A stretch of DNA of 64,000 nucleotides, from the NCBI GenBank assembly GCA_022709905.1, contig JAKLHY010000001.1, positions 77,463-141,462 on the forward strand, in the 5' to 3' direction. The stretch's first letter is position 1, and the number at the start of each line of letters is the position of its first letter. Position numbers and translations under genes: made by a program. This document shows, piece by piece, positions 36,060-46,856 of this stretch. The notes under the pieces are model-generated. The model saw nothing but the letters and a program-made list of their open reading frames with translations. It had not been told where the DNA came from and ran no database searches. This stretch comes from Verrucomicrobiota bacterium (lineage in GTDB: Bacteria > Verrucomicrobiota > Verrucomicrobiia > Limisphaerales > UBA1319).

Positions 36060-37340
36060 ATGGATACCATCTGGAAATCGAATCAAAACGGTCTGATCGT
36101 TGGGTGTGCTCGAAGCCTCGGCCTGCTTTCCTTGCTGCTTGTTTACGGGGTCCTCGGCCTGGAGATGACGGGAGAAGTGGTTTACGACAATACTTTTGGC
36201 TACCGGGATTCGTGGTATTCCTCCCGGAATGAGTTTGGCGACGACGTGACACTGTCGGGCAAGGCCAGAAGCATTTCCTCGTTTGATGTGGAGTATTTCG
36301 GCGAGTTCAATGCCACGGGAGCCGAAAGCGCTCGCATCCGGTTTTACGCCAACGATGGACCTCAGTTATCTCCCTCAACTTTGCTGTATGAGAGCGGGCG
36401 TCTCCCCATTTATCCGGGCTACAATCTGGCCAGCCTGAGGGGGCTCGCGATCAGCGTCAGCAACAATTTTACTTGGAGCATTGTCTTCGAAGGGCTCAGC
36501 GGCTCTTACAGCAATCGAGCGGGCCTGCTGATCTATGATCCGCCTGTTCTGGGCTCCAGCTATTCCGATTTCTGGATGAAGAAGGAAGGCGTGTGGGGGA
36601 CCTATGTCTTGAAGAACAAGAATGCCAATTTTCCAGTTCGAATCCAGGCGGATCCAGATCCGTCCATGGAAATTTTATCTGAACAATCCCTGCCGGACGG
36701 GAGCCGGAAATTGGTGATCACCGGCCCGAATTTCAGCAGTGGAGAGTTGTGGTATTCGGACGACCAGACGGAATGGTTGCTGTTGCGCGAATTCAACATC
36801 GTCAGCGATTCCGTGGTTCTGGGAGATCGGACCGTCCCGCCCGGTGTGCCTCGTTCCTACCGGGTTGTTCGCTCGACGGTGCCCCGGCTGCAATTGTCAT
36901 CCAAGGTCGTGCAGGATGGGGAAACGCAGCATCGTGTGATACGGGTGAGCGGCGCGCCCGGAAGCACCTTTACTCTGGAAACCGCCATTCGCATGGGGGA
37001 CTGGCTTCCCCTGACGACTCATGTTTTTTGCAGCGGCATTGAGGAGATTACCGACCCTCCCGGCAGCAGTTTTGCCACCCGGTTCTATCGGGCGGTCAAA
37101 GGCCCTGAGATACCGGTTGTCCTGGGTTATCCCCATCTCTTGGCCAACGGCGCCGTCGAGTTTTTGGTGTCGGGCTCTCCGGGAATGGACTGTTTGATCC
37201 AGCGATCGGTGGATTTGCAGAATTGGACCACCGAGGCAACCCGGGCATTTAGTTACATGTCGAAAACGTTTAATTTTGTGAGCGAAGCCATGTTGGAGCC
37301 AGGGCCGGTCTATTACAGGGCCGTCCCGATCGCGCCATGA
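36060..37340 (+). CDS. Secreted/anchored hypothetical protein with three FYR(V/A)-ending modules
   Basis: N-terminal hydrophobic anchor (SLGLLSLLLVYGVLGL). Three repeated module ends: ...RSYRVVRS, ...TRFYRAVKG, ...PVYYRAVPIAP. Confidence 0.55.
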   Translation: MDTIWKSNQNGLIVGCARSLGLLSLLLVYGVLGLEMTGEVVYDNTFGYRDSWYSSRNEFGDDVTLSGKARSISSFDVEYFGEFNATGAESARIRFYANDGPQLSPSTLLYESGRLPIYPGYNLASLRGLAISVSNNFTWSIVFEGLSGSYSNRAGLLIYDPPVLGSSYSDFWMKKEGVWGTYVLKNKNANFPVRIQADPDPSMEILSEQSLPDGSRKLVITGPNFSSGELWYSDDQTEWLLLREFNIVSDSVVLGDRTVPPGVPRSYRVVRSTVPRLQLSSKVVQDGETQHRVIRVSGAPGSTFTLETAIRMGDWLPLTTHVFCSGIEEITDPPGSSFATRFYRAVKGPEIPVVLGYPHLLANGAVEFLVSGSPGMDCLIQRSVDLQNWTTEATRAFSYMSKTFNFVSEAMLEPGPVYYRAVPIAP

Positions 37341-37353
37341 CGAGGGGGGGAAG

Positions 37354-38292
37354 TTAGCCGACTTCCTGGGGGCCCTTGCCTCCGTTGACCAGGAAAAGGA
37401 CGGCCATGCGGACGGCCAAGCCGTTGGTGACCTGCTGCAGGATGACCGAGCGCTCGCAATCGGCGATATCGCTGTCGATTTCAACGCCCCGGTTGATGGG
37501 GCCGGGATGCATGATCAGAACATCAGGCTTGGTGCGCGCTAACCGCGCCTGGTTGAGTCCAAAGAGGCTCGAGTACTCCCCGAGGCTGGGAAACATGGTT
37601 TTTCGCTGACGTTCGTGCTGGATGCGAAGCAGGTTGATGATATCGGCATCTTCGATGGCCTCCTCAACCCGATGGGACACCCGGCAACCCATCTGTTCAA
37701 AGACGCGTGGAACCAGGGTGGGAGGGCCGCATAAAGTAACCCGAGCCCCCAGTTTTGTTAAGGCCCAGATGTTTGAGCGCGCGACCCGGCTGTAAAGAAT
37801 GTCTCCCAGGATGGTGACATTCAGCCCGGCGATCCTGCCTTTTTTTTCGCGAATCGTGAATGCGTCGAGGAGAGCCTGGGTCGGATGTTCATGCGCCCCA
37901 TCTCCCGCATTCACTACGCTGGCGTTGAGAAATCGGGCCAGAAAATGTGGAGCCCCCGCCGCGCTGTGGCGTATGATGATGATGTCCGCATTCAAGGCTT
38001 CGAGATTGCGGGTGGTGTCCTTGAGTGTTTCCCCTTTCTTGAGGGACGAGATTTCCGCCGAAAAATTGATGATGTCAGCCGTGAGCCTTTGGGCCGCCAG
38101 TTCGAAGCTGATCCGTGTGCGGGTCGATGGCTCCACGAAGAGGTTGATGACTGTTTTGCCCCGCAAGGCCGGCACCTTCTTGATCGCGCGTTCTCCCACC
38201 GCCTTGAATGCCTTGGCGGTGTCCAGGATTGTCAGGATCTCATCCTTGGTCAGAGACTCGGTGTCGAGCAGGTGTTTACGATGCCAGGCCAT
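37354..38292 (-). CDS. pyrB: Aspartate carbamoyltransferase catalytic subunit
   Basis: [27 protein letters not shown] and [11 protein letters not shown] motifs. Confidence 0.92.
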   Translation of the reverse strand: MAWHRKHLLDTESLTKDEILTILDTAKAFKAVGERAIKKVPALRGKTVINLFVEPSTRTRISFELAAQRLTADIINFSAEISSLKKGETLKDTTRNLEALNADIIIIRHSAAGAPHFLARFLNASVVNAGDGAHEHPTQALLDAFTIREKKGRIAGLNVTILGDILYSRVARSNIWALTKLGARVTLCGPPTLVPRVFEQMGCRVSHRVEEAIEDADIINLLRIQHERQRKTMFPSLGEYSSLFGLNQARLARTKPDVLIMHPGPINRGVEIDSDIADCERSVILQQVTNGLAVRMAVLFLVNGGKGPQEVG

Positions 38293-38824
38293 TGGGTTTT
38301 AAAACGACCGAATCCGTCATGCCGTCTTCCTCGAGCAGGACATCCACCCGATCCTCGACGGCGGTTTCAATGGTTTTGCCAGTGTAGTCGGCGCTGATCG
38401 GCAACTCCCGATGGCCGCGATCCACGAGGACGGCCAATTGGATGGACTGGGGGCGTCCGAAGTCATTCAGGGCGTCCATGGCGGCACGAACCGTGCGGCC
38501 GTGAAATAGCACGTCGTCCACTAGAACCACCGTTTTTCCGTTCAAGTCGAAAGGAATTTCAGTGGGGTGCACATGCGCCGGTAGCCGGTGGTCCAAGTCA
38601 TCTCGGTGCATGCTGACATCCACATTGCCCACCGGCACAGGCTGCTGCCACAGCGCTTCGAGCAACCGGGATATCCGCACTGCCAGGTGAACGCCGCCTC
38701 GCTGGATTCCGATGAGAACGACCGCGGTGTTGCCCCTATTACGACAGGCAATCTTGTCAGCTAAGTCCTTCAGGACAAGCGCTATCGCTCGTTTGCTTAA
38801 GAGTTGCTTGAGTGCTTCAGTCAT
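38276..38824 (-). CDS. pyrR: PyrR family bifunctional pyrimidine regulator / uracil phosphoribosyltransferase
   Basis: [10 protein letters not shown] and the PRPP loop [17 protein letters not shown]. It overlaps pyrB by 17 nt. Confidence 0.85.
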   Translation of the reverse strand: MTEALKQLLSKRAIALVLKDLADKIACRNRGNTAVVLIGIQRGGVHLAVRISRLLEALWQQPVPVGNVDVSMHRDDLDHRLPAHVHPTEIPFDLNGKTVVLVDDVLFHGRTVRAAMDALNDFGRPQSIQLAVLVDRGHRELPISADYTGKTIETAVEDRVDVLLEEDGMTDSVVLKPNGLAS

Positions 38825-38927
38825 GATAACAGACTATCCACACCTTCCTCCCCCTCACTCGCCGCGTCGGACTCGTCATTTAAACGATGCCCTTCGCATC
38901 GAGAAACCCATAGCCCGGACTTCTCCG

Positions 38928-39149
38928 TCAGACCGAGGGTTGGTTGGCTTGACGGCTTCGACGCCAGTTAGCGCGATGCTTTACCACCCAGTCAACCAAA
39001 GCCCGCTCGAAGCCGATATCATGACCGGCCTTCTCGGACTCCAACCATTTGTGCTTGAGAATCTCCTCTTTCTCCGCGAGAAACTCGCGGTAGAGAGAGG
39101 AATTCTTCAGAAAATCCGGACCATCACTACTCGAAGACTGATCATTCAT
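38928..39149 (-). CDS. Small conserved hypothetical protein (KHKWLESEKAGHDIG motif)
   Basis: 73-aa ORF. The motif resembles a small-protein family I recall from PVC and cyanobacterial genomes, but I cannot name the family with certainty. Confidence 0.5.
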   Translation of the reverse strand: MNDQSSSSDGPDFLKNSSLYREFLAEKEEILKHKWLESEKAGHDIGFERALVDWVVKHRANWRRSRQANQPSV

Positions 39150-39276
39150 GTTCGAACATTGTGACGTGCAATCGTCAGCGTTAATGCCAATTTAACACGG
39201 GCTCTTCCGCTGACAATACAATTCTGGTTAATTAGTGAATGATATAATTGAAGGTCTGTCCGCCAGTCTGGGTTCT

Positions 39277-40092
39277 TCAGGGATCGGACAAGCGCTCGAG
39301 GCGGATGTTGCGATAGGCAACCGCGGTTTGATAGGCCGCGAGGCCGAAGGGCTTCGAGAGCTCGATCTCACCGGCTCTCAACGTCAGACGGCGTCCGGTA
39401 GTCTTCACTTCGACCACCTTCTCTTTTTCCAGCCAGGCTTCCAGCTTGGCAGGGGTGATCCGGACCCTGATCGGATACCATCGGCCCGATTCAAATCCCT
39501 TGAATTTAGTGGTTTCATTCTCTGAGGCATCGAACCCATCGATGCTGGATATGCCGACCACCCCGCCCCCCCAACCGCCAACGATCAGGCTGCAGTGAGT
39601 GTCATTCACGGGAAAGGTCAGTCCGCAGAAGAAGTCGTTTCCATCCAACCGCATGGCCTCGAGGGACACTTCATAGTTCATGACAGGAACCTCATTGGTG
39701 TATTGGATGCCCGTCAGGATGGCGCCCATTTCCATGACAACGACGGAACCTTTGGCCTCGCTTTCGGTGTTGTTCTTCTTCAGGTTTTCAGCCGCCCGGT
39801 CCGAGAGCGATTCCACGACCTTTTTCATGGACTCGACTCGCACGTCGCCGTGACCGGCGAAATCGGTAATCTTCCATCCGCGGAGGGATTCGCCATCGAA
39901 CAAATCCAGAGTGGCCAGGGAAGATTCCTTGGTGGCTGGAGCGTTGGTCTTGGAGGCGCTCGGGGCGGTTGAAGTGTCGGCAGCCGAACACGAGGGAGAT
40001 AGGCTCGCCAAAGCCAGGCCTGTCAGGACGATCAGACGGATGAGGATCGGGGGAGTGTGTTTCGAAGTCATGAAAGAATCAGAGCGCATCAT
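39277..40092 (-). CDS. DUF1080 (3-keto-disaccharide hydrolase-like, ConA fold) secreted protein
   Basis: Signal peptide or lipobox-like N-terminus, GWKITDFAGHG..., and C-terminal ...FGLAAYQTAVAYRNIRLERL, typical of DUF1080. Confidence 0.7.
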   Translation of the reverse strand: MMRSDSFMTSKHTPPILIRLIVLTGLALASLSPSCSAADTSTAPSASKTNAPATKESSLATLDLFDGESLRGWKITDFAGHGDVRVESMKKVVESLSDRAAENLKKNNTESEAKGSVVVMEMGAILTGIQYTNEVPVMNYEVSLEAMRLDGNDFFCGLTFPVNDTHCSLIVGGWGGGVVGISSIDGFDASENETTKFKGFESGRWYPIRVRITPAKLEAWLEKEKVVEVKTTGRRLTLRAGEIELSKPFGLAAYQTAVAYRNIRLERLSDP

Positions 40093-40153
40093 GGTAGCCT
40101 CCTATGAGAGAACAATTCATTGAGCAAGTTGTCATCGCTTGCCTGTGGCAAGG

Positions 40154-41002
40154 TCATTGTTTTTTCGCTTTCTGTTCCCGCAAGAACCGCAGCCAAGCAT
40201 CCATGCCGTGACCGGTCTTTGCCGACACTTCAAGGATTGTGGCATGATGACTGATCCGATGCAAGTTGGCGATGGCTTGTTCCCGGTTGAATCCCGCAGC
40301 CTCGGAAAGGTCGTTCTTGCTGATGATCGCCACATGGGCCGAATGAAACATCGGCGGATACTTCAACGGCTTGTCTTCTCCTTCGGTGACCGACAGCATG
40401 ACGATGCGCAGGTCCTCGCCCAGGTCATAGGCGGCCGGGCAGACCAGATTCCCTACGTTTTCAATGATCAGGATGTCGAGGGTATCCAAGGGCAGCTGGG
40501 AAGCGGCGCGGGCAATCATCGCGGCGTCCAGATGGCAAAGGGTTCCGGTGTTGATCTGAACCACAGGAGCGCCGGTGGCCTGCAATCGCCGGGCATCATT
40601 GTCGGTCGCAAGATCTCCCACAATGATCCCGGCCCGCAGGGCAGGGGCGAGGCCTTCAACCGTCTTCTGAACGAACGTGGTCTTCCCCGAACCGGGTGAT
40701 GATAGAACGTTAAGGACCAGCAGTTGTTTGGCTAAAAAGAATCCGCGGTTTCGTTCAGCCAACCGATCGTTCTGCTCGAGGATCGGCTCATCCAGGAGAA
40801 GGGTCTTGGTGGGCGGGTCTTGAGAAGGAGACCCCTGTTTCCCGCCGGATATTTGATCCGGATGATGATCCAGTTCGTGGGGTTGGCCATGCTCCTGGTG
40901 CGCCGATGGTTTCGGGGCGGGAGTAGAAACACGAGCGGATTGACCTGACACAGGGGCAACTCCCGGCTCAGGTTTTTTGTTGCAGCCACATTCCTGGCAC
41001 AT
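40154..41002 (-). CDS. hypB: Hydrogenase nickel-incorporation GTPase HypB
   Basis: N-terminal CQECGC nickel site, His-rich linker (HQEHGQPHELDHHPD), P-loop SSPGSGKTT, ENVGNLVCP. Confidence 0.9.
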   Translation of the reverse strand: MCQECGCNKKPEPGVAPVSGQSARVSTPAPKPSAHQEHGQPHELDHHPDQISGGKQGSPSQDPPTKTLLLDEPILEQNDRLAERNRGFFLAKQLLVLNVLSSPGSGKTTFVQKTVEGLAPALRAGIIVGDLATDNDARRLQATGAPVVQINTGTLCHLDAAMIARAASQLPLDTLDILIIENVGNLVCPAAYDLGEDLRIVMLSVTEGEDKPLKYPPMFHSAHVAIISKNDLSEAAGFNREQAIANLHRISHHATILEVSAKTGHGMDAWLRFLREQKAKKQ

Positions 41003-41003
41003 A

Positions 41004-41345
41004 TCAAGATACCTCCACTGATTTGAGATGGAGCTCGCGCCCCCGCCTTAACTCGGAGGCCAGAGTTCCACATTTCGGGCATTCAAAAAGCAGATCCGGG
41101 GATTGAAATTCACTCCGACAGGCGCCGCACCAGCAGGTGGCAGGTATGAATTCCACGTCAAGGAGGGCTTCGGCCGCGATGGTGTTTTGCCGCAGCGTCT
41201 CGAAGGCAAACTGAAGGGCTTCGGGCACGACTCCGCTCAGGGCGCCGACCTGGAGCTGGAGCTGGTGAATCCGAGTGGCTCCTGTGGCCTCCGCCTTGGC
41301 GATCGCCATCGCGAGCGTATTCTGCATAATGCCAACCTCATGCAT
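41004..41345 (-). CDS. hypA: Hydrogenase nickel-insertion protein HypA
   Basis: MHEVGI N-terminus and a zinc site made of CxxC...CPxC (CWCGAC....CPKCG). Confidence 0.9.
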   Translation of the reverse strand: MHEVGIMQNTLAMAIAKAEATGATRIHQLQLQVGALSGVVPEALQFAFETLRQNTIAAEALLDVEFIPATCWCGACRSEFQSPDLLFECPKCGTLASELRRGRELHLKSVEVS

Positions 41346-41880
41346 GGCTGTTCAGGGGGTCGGAGTTTTTGGGCTGGCGAAAAGAGTTGGGAATCAGGCG
41401 TTTGAGGAGACGGTCAATTTTGTCGAGAGCCACGGTTTTGTTGTGGTTTGCGGCGACAGAGAGTCCCTGGGCAAAATCCACTGTGAAGACCGGCACTCGG
41501 ACCCACCAGGCTTCCGGCATCCGCCCGTGAATAGCCTGGCAGAGGGCCAACAGGCTCTCGGGATTGGCCAGATGTGTTCTCCACAGGTCTGCTGCGCGCA
41601 AAATCACCGGAGTAACGCTAACCTCCGAAATCGCGGAGTCAAGGCAGGCATCGACAAAAATCGCGAAACGACATGGGCAGATCAACTCGACGGTCTCGGG
41701 CAGCAATTGATGAAGATCCGCAGTCACGACTCCCCGGATATGTTGGGCCTCAATAGCCCGGACGATATGTCGGCCGATCGCATCATCGCCGCGCAGTTCA
41801 TTTCCGTAGCCGATGATGATGACTTGGGAAGAACGTTCTGGCGGCCCGGAGTCGGGAGACTCAAGACTGTCGGATTTCAT
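41338..41880 (-). CDS. hoxW: NiFe hydrogenase maturation endopeptidase
   Basis: [15 protein letters not shown] motif, positioned directly after hoxH. Start ambiguous (41880 or 41931). Confidence 0.8.
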   Translation of the reverse strand: MKSDSLESPDSGPPERSSQVIIIGYGNELRGDDAIGRHIVRAIEAQHIRGVVTADLHQLLPETVELICPCRFAIFVDACLDSAISEVSVTPVILRAADLWRTHLANPESLLALCQAIHGRMPEAWWVRVPVFTVDFAQGLSVAANHNKTVALDKIDRLLKRLIPNSFRQPKNSDPLNSHA

Positions 41881-43285
41881 CCAGCAGTGTTCCGTCTGCG
41901 CCCAACAGCCGGATTTCGAGGGGCATGACACCCGCCGCGTGCGTGGAACAACTCAGGCAGGGATCAAAGGCCCGTATGCCGGCTTCGACGCGGTTGAGCA
42001 TGCCTTCGGGGATCTTTGGGCCGCGAATGTAGTGGCGCGCGATCTGTTCAACCGTACGGTTCATCGCAAGGTTATTCTGGCCCGTGGCAATGATCATGTT
42101 CACCTTGGTGATCTTGCCGTCGGTATCGACCTGGTAATGATGAAACAAAGTGCCGCGAGGAGCCTCGCTGGCTCCCACCCCGACCAGCTTGTTGATGCCG
42201 GCATCGGCCCGCAACCGGTTCGACGACAGCTCGGCATCATCCAACAACTCTTCGATTCGTTCCAGGCTGGCGAGGATTTCAATCAAACGCGCATAGTGAT
42301 ACTGAAACGAGGAGGTGACCGTGTCATTGCCGCGTTCCCGATACTCTTCCCATTCTTTCTGCGCCAAGGGAGTGCGAAGATGAGAGCAGACATTCAGCCG
42401 GGCCAGCGGTCCCACGCGATACATCCCGTCCGGATAGCCCAACGGACGATAGAAAGGGGATTTTAGATAGGAATCCGTTTGGACTGCCTCTCCGATGTAT
42501 TCCTGATAGCGAGCTGGATCGATCGAGTCCGCCAGGACGTTGCCGCCGCTGTCGACAAATCTCAGACGGCCATCGTAGTGTTCCCATTCGCCCTCGGGAC
42601 CGACGAGCCCCATAAAAAGGGAGGGAAAGTTGCCGAAGATTTGGGATTCGCGGGAATATTTCTTCAGAAGGCTTTTATACTGCGCCAGGGCATGGCGCGC
42701 GATGTCGAGCGCATCGGGCAACCGTTGTTTGATCCGCTCCTTGTGTGCAGCGGCGAGCGCTGAACGCACGCCCCCGGGCACGGCCCAAGCCGGGTGAATC
42801 TTGCTGCCGCCCAGGGCCTCGATGATTTCCTGCCCGAATTGACGAAGGCGAATTCCGCTCCGGGCCAGTTCCGGATGGGCGGCGATCAAGCCGAAGATGT
42901 TACGTTGAGCCGGAGCGCTGTCCCAACCGAGCAGCAGGTCCGGCGCGCTCAAGTGGAAAAAACTCAAGGCATGGGATTGCACGATCTGGCCGAGGTTCAT
43001 CAAACGGCGGAGCTTCTCGGCGGCCGGGGGGATGTCCACCGCCAGAATCTGATCGCCAGCCTTGGCCGAAGACAGCAAGTGGCTGACCGGACAAATGCCG
43101 CAGACGCGAGCGGTAATCCCGGCCATTTCCCATAACGGCCGACCCTCGCAGAACCGTTCGAACCCACGGAATTCGGTGACATGAAAACGTGCGTCGGCCA
43201 CATGACCGCTATCGTCCAGCTGGATGGTAATCTTGGCGTGGCCTTCGATGCGGGTTACCGGGTCTATGACAATCCGTTCAGCCAT
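41861..43285 (-). CDS. hoxH: Bidirectional (group 3d-type) NiFe hydrogenase large subunit
   Basis: N-terminal RIEGH and [10 protein letters not shown], plus C-terminal DPCLSCSTH followed by a cleavable extension. Confidence 0.92.
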   Translation of the reverse strand: MAERIVIDPVTRIEGHAKITIQLDDSGHVADARFHVTEFRGFERFCEGRPLWEMAGITARVCGICPVSHLLSSAKAGDQILAVDIPPAAEKLRRLMNLGQIVQSHALSFFHLSAPDLLLGWDSAPAQRNIFGLIAAHPELARSGIRLRQFGQEIIEALGGSKIHPAWAVPGGVRSALAAAHKERIKQRLPDALDIARHALAQYKSLLKKYSRESQIFGNFPSLFMGLVGPEGEWEHYDGRLRFVDSGGNVLADSIDPARYQEYIGEAVQTDSYLKSPFYRPLGYPDGMYRVGPLARLNVCSHLRTPLAQKEWEEYRERGNDTVTSSFQYHYARLIEILASLERIEELLDDAELSSNRLRADAGINKLVGVGASEAPRGTLFHHYQVDTDGKITKVNMIIATGQNNLAMNRTVEQIARHYIRGPKIPEGMLNRVEAGIRAFDPCLSCSTHAAGVMPLEIRLLGADGTLLDEIRQS

Positions 43286-43348
43286 AAAGATATGAAAGTG
43301 TTCTTTAGTTCAATTGTCGAAACGGCAAACAAGGCAACGACACCAGCG

Positions 43349-43891
43349 TCAGCCGAATTTTAAGTCGCGTCCGGCGAGGTTCGGGGATTCTCCTTGCAGC
43401 AATCGCTCCAGGACCAGCCGAATGCGCGCGGCTGGAGGGGGGCATCCCGGCAAGTAGATTTCGACGGGAACCACCTCGTGGACAGGCAGCACCTGGTCCA
43501 GCAAGACTGGGACGATGCCGGGGGCCGACGGGATGCTCGCCTGGATCTCCGCGGCCTCGAGGTAAGCGCGCTGCAGCACGGGCATCTTCGATCCCAGCGG
43601 ATTGCGCATGGCGGTTACGTTGCCGGTGACGGCGCAATCTCCAAAGGAAATCAGAGTTCGGGTGGCCCGGCGCACCTGGCGAATCATCTCGAGATGTTCC
43701 TCGTTGGCAACGGCGCCCTCGATCAGGGCGACATCGACCTGATCCGGATAACGTTTGATGTCGATGATCGGGCTGTAGACGACTTCCACTTTTTGGGAAA
43801 GCTCAATCAACCACTCGTCCAAGTCGAGAAAGGACATGTGGCAACCCGAACAGCCTCCCAGCCAGACGGTGGCGAATTTTATACGATCCAT
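43349..43891 (-). CDS. hoxY: NiFe hydrogenase small subunit
   Basis: [11 protein letters not shown] and GCPP motifs in a short (180-aa) group 3-type small subunit. Confidence 0.9.
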   Translation of the reverse strand: MDRIKFATVWLGGCSGCHMSFLDLDEWLIELSQKVEVVYSPIIDIKRYPDQVDVALIEGAVANEEHLEMIRQVRRATRTLISFGDCAVTGNVTAMRNPLGSKMPVLQRAYLEAAEIQASIPSAPGIVPVLLDQVLPVHEVVPVEIYLPGCPPPAARIRLVLERLLQGESPNLAGRDLKFG

Positions 43892-44595
43892 TGTTTCTTC
43901 TCCCGGGCGGTAACGATGAATTCAAGACGGGAACGATCCCGTTCCATCTCAGCGACGGTGGAACCTTTGCGGAAAATGGCGCCCGTCGGACAGGCATGCA
44001 CGCATTTGCCGCAGGACGTGCAGCTGGCCGCCTCACCCCAGGGCTGATTCAGATCGGTGATGACATGAGCGGCCGCGCCACGGCCGGCGATATCCCAGGT
44101 ATGAGCCCCTTCGACTTCGTTGCAGACGCGCACGCATCGCGAACAAAGGATGCACCGATTGTTGTCCAGACCGAAGAGCTTGTGGGTGATGTCCACCTCG
44201 CAGACAGGAAAACGGTAAGCGTATCGCACGTGATCCATGCCAACCTGGGTGGCGACGTCCTGCAATTCACAGTGCCCATTCACCACGCAGACCGCACAGA
44301 CATGGTTGCGCTCGGCGAAGAGCAGCTCCAAGATCATCCGGCGATACCTTTGAAGTCGCGCCGTCGAGGTGAAAACCTCCATGCCTTCGGCCACCTTGGT
44401 CACACAAGCGGGGAACAACCGGGGCGAGCCCGCCAGTTCCACCATGCAGAGGCGACAGGCCCCCACATCCGATACGCCCTCCAAATGACAGAGGGTCGGG
44501 ATGTCGATGCCGGCATCGCGGGCGGCTTCCAGGATGGTCTGATTTTCCTGAGCTCCCACGGTCTTGCCGTCGATCGTTAGTGTTTTCGCTCCCAT
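43879..44595 (-). CDS. hoxU: Diaphorase FeS subunit (NuoG N-terminal-like)
   Basis: 2Fe-2S motif C..EG......CRLC......C, followed by 4Fe-4S ferredoxin motifs ([23 protein letters not shown]). Confidence 0.88.
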   Translation of the reverse strand: MGAKTLTIDGKTVGAQENQTILEAARDAGIDIPTLCHLEGVSDVGACRLCMVELAGSPRLFPACVTKVAEGMEVFTSTARLQRYRRMILELLFAERNHVCAVCVVNGHCELQDVATQVGMDHVRYAYRFPVCEVDITHKLFGLDNNRCILCSRCVRVCNEVEGAHTWDIAGRGAAAHVITDLNQPWGEAASCTSCGKCVHACPTGAIFRKGSTVAEMERDRSRLEFIVTAREKKQWIV

Positions 44596-44607
44596 AAGCT
44601 TTGCTCC

Positions 44608-46239
44608 CTATTCTTTGGCCGGCGCGGACAGGCTATCGTCCGATTTTCCAATGGGTTTGAGCAGATTCAGGTATTCCTCCCGGAAAAAGCGCAGGGTGCT
44701 GAGTACGGGATTGGGCGCGGTTTGTCCCAGGCCGCATAGGCTGGTATGCCGCACCAACTCGCACAATTCCTCGAGGTGCTTGAGATCTTCCTCCGTGGCC
44801 TTTCCTTGAAGAATCCGGTTCAGCATTTCATAGAGCTGCACGGTGCCGGTCCGGCAGGGAACACACTTGCCGCAGGATTCTTCTTTGCAGAACTCCATGA
44901 AAAAGCGGGCGACGTCCACCATGTTGGTCTGGTCGTCCATGACGATCATACCGCCCGATCCCATGATGGAGCCGATCTTTGAAAGGGAATCGTAATCCAC
45001 CGGCGTGTCGAGCAGTGCGGCCGGGATGCAGCCGCCGGAAGGCCCGCCCGTCTGGACCGCTTTGACCTTGCCGCCATCCGGGACGCCCCCGCCCATCTCC
45101 TCGACGATCTGCCGCAGCGTGGTGCCCATGGGAACCTCGATCAAGCCGGTGTTGCGTATTTTGCCCGCCAAAGCGAAGACCTTCGTGCCTTTGCTCTTTT
45201 CTGTGCCCAGGCTCGCAAACCATTCCGGGCCTTTGGCCATGATGGCCGGCACGTTGGCGAATGTCTCCACGTTGTTGATGAGCGTCGGAAAGCCGAACAA
45301 ACCGCTTTCGGCCGGATAAGGAGGCCTCGGCCGGGGAGTCCCGCGCTTGCCCTCGGTCGAAGCCATCAGAGCCGTTTCTTCGCCGCACACAAACGCTCCC
45401 GCCCCAATGCGGATTTCCACGTTGAAATTAAACGGAGACTCGAAAATTCCGCTGCCGAGGAGGTTGAGCTGTTTCGCCTGCCGAATGGCGGTTTGCAGCC
45501 GGCTGATGGCCAGGGGATACTCCGCCCGAACATAGACGAATCCCTGGCTCGCGCCGATGGCATAGGCGGCAATCGCCATGCCTTCCAGCACCCGATGCGG
45601 ATCGCTCTCCAGCACGCTGCGATCCATGAAGGCCCCGGGATCGCCTTCATCCGCGTTGCAGATCACATATTTCTTCGTGCTTTCCGTCTTGGCCACCGTC
45701 TGCCATTTCAATCCCGTTGGATAGCCGGCTCCGCCTCGTCCGCGCAGACCGCTTTTGACGATGGTTTCGATGACCGACTTGGGCGTCAGTTCCAAAATGA
45801 CATCGTGCAGGGCTTGGTATCCCCCCGACGCGATGTAGGACTCGATCCGCAGAGGATCCACCTGCCCGCTGGTTTCCAGCACCACCGAGACTTGTTTCGA
45901 AAAAAAGGGCTGTTGGGTATCGATGGTATTGACGGAGGTGGTCCCGCCTTTCAGCGTTGATACCAGAGAGGCGGTGTCCTCGGATCGCACTTTCTCATAA
46001 AGCGTTCCGTCCGGATCCTTTTGCACCAGCGGGCCCTGACAACAGAGACGCATGCAGCCGACTCCGCGCACCTCCACTTCGTCGGACAAGCCTTCTTCTT
46101 TCACGGCCTTTTCCAAACCGTCCTTGACGGCTTGGGCGCCTGACGACAAGCAGCCTGCCGCCACACAGCAACGTAAAACGTGCTTCTTTTGCCCCTGACG
46201 TTCCTTCTCCGCGATTGCCAATAGATCAGCGAGATCCAT
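44608..46239 (-). CDS. hoxF: Diaphorase NAD(H)/FMN-binding subunit (NuoF-like)
   Basis: [22 protein letters not shown], and the C-terminal 4Fe-4S motif [10 protein letters not shown]. Confidence 0.9.
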   Translation of the reverse strand: MDLADLLAIAEKERQGQKKHVLRCCVAAGCLSSGAQAVKDGLEKAVKEEGLSDEVEVRGVGCMRLCCQGPLVQKDPDGTLYEKVRSEDTASLVSTLKGGTTSVNTIDTQQPFFSKQVSVVLETSGQVDPLRIESYIASGGYQALHDVILELTPKSVIETIVKSGLRGRGGAGYPTGLKWQTVAKTESTKKYVICNADEGDPGAFMDRSVLESDPHRVLEGMAIAAYAIGASQGFVYVRAEYPLAISRLQTAIRQAKQLNLLGSGIFESPFNFNVEIRIGAGAFVCGEETALMASTEGKRGTPRPRPPYPAESGLFGFPTLINNVETFANVPAIMAKGPEWFASLGTEKSKGTKVFALAGKIRNTGLIEVPMGTTLRQIVEEMGGGVPDGGKVKAVQTGGPSGGCIPAALLDTPVDYDSLSKIGSIMGSGGMIVMDDQTNMVDVARFFMEFCKEESCGKCVPCRTGTVQLYEMLNRILQGKATEEDLKHLEELCELVRHTSLCGLGQTAPNPVLSTLRFFREEYLNLLKPIGKSDDSLSAPAKE

Positions 46240-46762
46240 GTTTCGACCATCCTTTCACCAAGCTCAATGCATTTTCCGCAGTCACCTTGCCTGTCACCGT
46301 CCCGTCAAATACCACCGCGGGAGCAATTCCGCACGCGCCAATGCAGCGGGCGGTGATCAGGGAAATCTGGTTGTCCGGCGTGGTTTCCCCCGCCCGGATC
46401 CCCGTATGTTTCTCCAGCGTGGCCAGAATTCGGTCCGCTCCCTTCACATAGCAGGCCGTTCCCATGCAGATCACGCAGGTGTGCGCCCCCTTCGGTTTCA
46501 GGGAAAAATACTGGTAAAACGTCGCCACCCCAAACACGCTGCTCGGGGGAAGTTTCAAACTGGTGGCAATGTGCCGTAAGAGGTCATTGTCCAGATAACC
46601 AAACAACTCCTGGGCCGTATGAAGCACCTCGATCAAGGCATCCGGATTATACTGATGCCGCTTCATCGTGGTCTCGAGAATTTTATACCGCTTGTCCGCG
46701 GCCGGTGGCGCCGCAGATCCGCCGCTGGCCGGTGCTGTTGGTGTCGCTGCGTTCATGAGCAT
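46226..46762 (-). CDS. hoxE: Diaphorase 2Fe-2S subunit (NuoE-like)
   Basis: Thioredoxin-like 2Fe-2S motif: CMGTACY....C.GACG.AP. Confidence 0.85.
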   Translation of the reverse strand: MLMNAATPTAPASGGSAAPPAADKRYKILETTMKRHQYNPDALIEVLHTAQELFGYLDNDLLRHIATSLKLPPSSVFGVATFYQYFSLKPKGAHTCVICMGTACYVKGADRILATLEKHTGIRAGETTPDNQISLITARCIGACGIAPAVVFDGTVTGKVTAENALSLVKGWSKHGSR

Positions 46763-46856
46763 GCTTTATCAGGAATCCTTACAGACCCAAATTTGGCGGG
46801 CAACGCTGAAGTAAGAAAACTAATCCGTCAAGCCCGATCCTTCATTCTAATTACTT

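Noticed and set aside
38825-38927. Expected PyrR-binding anti-antiterminator loop (consensus ..UCCAGAGAGG..) in the pyrR leader
   Set aside because: I could not find the motif on the minus strand upstream of pyrR. Only a small hairpin (38885-38901, cgatgc-ccttc-gcatcg) followed by a short A/T-rich run is present. An AGAGAGAGG string at about 39077-39085 is on the wrong strand and inside another ORF. Attenuation control is therefore not claimed.
46763-46856. Sigma-70 or sigma-54 promoter upstream of hoxE
   Set aside because: A TTGACG hexamer is present on the minus strand, but no acceptable -10 element at 16-18 nt and no GG-N10-GC motif. Not annotated.
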